This document shows, one piece after another, positions 63,196-64,000 of a DNA stretch of 64,000 nt. Each line of letters starts with the position of its first letter. The first letter of the stretch is position 1. Source of the DNA: Synechococcus sp. GTDB taxonomy: Bacteria; Cyanobacteriota; Cyanobacteriia; PCC-6307; Cyanobiaceae. The stretch spans positions 640,136 to 704,135 of the forward strand of contig JBJBDC010000001.1 of assembly GCA_047285535.1 (NCBI GenBank), written 5' to 3'. A program made the position numbers and the translations under genes. The notes under the pieces were generated by a model. That model did no database searches, was not told where the DNA came from, and saw only the letters and a list, made by a program, of their open reading frames with translations.

Positions 63196-63879
63196 TCATG
63201 ATTGCGGTGGATTCACCCCATAGCGATCGCCATAAACTTCACAGAGTTGGAGCAGATTCTTGTCATTGAGTTCAGTTGGAAGCCAATAACTACCAACACG
63301 TTTGGTGATGAGACACTGCGCAACGGGTGAATCCACTGAATCCATGCTGACTGTGATTGTGTAGAGAAGATCCTGTTCGCTGATCATGCGGTTCATCTTC
63401 GGCTTTCTGTAAACCTGATGGTCCCAGGAACAACAACTCGATCGTCCGGTTGCAACATAAAAGCCTGATATGGTTCTAAATTTGAAATAAGCACCATCAA
63501 ACAAAAGATAGGCCTTTGGTAATTGTGAATCGATCTTGAAGATCTGATGTCTACAATTAGGTCCAGCTCCGCAGCTCATGACTTCAACGTACTCATAGAT
63601 TCCATCGCCATCAATATCCTGAAGACTGCCACCATCAGCAGGAATTTGATCCAAAAGCTGAGTGCGTTTCAGCACAGTTGTAAATGCCGCGGAAGACTGT
63701 GGTTTGATTTCAACCCATAGTATTTTAAATTGATCATCATCACATTGCTTCTTTCTAATTCGCACTTGCGAGCCATCAGCATTGCGGCGTTGATCAGTCT
63801 TGATCTGGCATTCTGCAGACGAGGAAGCCGATGCAAAAGCACATAAGACAAGAAAAACTCCAATAAGAAGACTTCGCAT
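63196..63879 (-). CDS. Putative secreted Cys-containing protein
   Basis: Signal peptide (MRSLLIGVFLVLCAFASA), DIDGDG calcium-loop-like motif, CGAGPNC and SSCCSW. Confidence 0.7.
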   Translation of the reverse strand: MRSLLIGVFLVLCAFASASSSAECQIKTDQRRNADGSQVRIRKKQCDDDQFKILWVEIKPQSSAAFTTVLKRTQLLDQIPADGGSLQDIDGDGIYEYVEVMSCGAGPNCRHQIFKIDSQLPKAYLLFDGAYFKFRTISGFYVATGRSSCCSWDHQVYRKPKMNRMISEQDLLYTITVSMDSVDSPVAQCLITKRVGSYWLPTELNDKNLLQLCEVYGDRYGVNPPQS

Positions 63880-64000
63880 CAGCTATTGGTGATTAGGAGC
63901 TGCGGAGTCGTTGCGCGAATGATGGCTCATCACTTCGAGGGGAAACCCGGTGACCTAGGAGGATAGCGGATGCCAAATCAGCCAATTCACTTGCTCTATC

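Overview
This window looks like chromosome from a marine picocyanobacterium (Synechococcus-like), judged from gene content and order. About 1-28.6 kb and 31.5-46.5 kb are mostly core genes: suhB-like, hisZ, ferredoxin, htpG, rpmB, a peroxiredoxin, a ggpS plus sugar ABC operon, csaB, psaK, dxs, ilvA, scpB, pyk, ftsH, clpP, psb29, petN, clpS, purK, aroB, nadA and an exonuclease-ligase-Lhr helicase cluster. Two variable, AT-richer regions lie at about 28.6-31.3 kb (next to the 6S RNA gene) and about 46.5-58.7 kb (RsmE, SDR, epimerase, a metal-permease pseudogene and an RTX-like repeat protein). A GC-richer block follows, with ggt, a hydrolase-fold gene and hli. The most unusual signals are non-coding or tiny: (1) a 44/46-nt copy of part of the 6S RNA about 960 bp upstream that refolds into its own short rod; (2) a leader complementary to the 6S core; (3) a candidate sRNA or attenuator ahead of a GH104 lysozyme gene; (4) a 49-aa membrane ORF 1 nt behind petN; (5) a perfect CRP box ahead of the RTX-like gene. 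I saw no tRNA, rRNA, CRISPR array, transposase or integrase. All product calls come from motif recognition by eye; no database searches were run.
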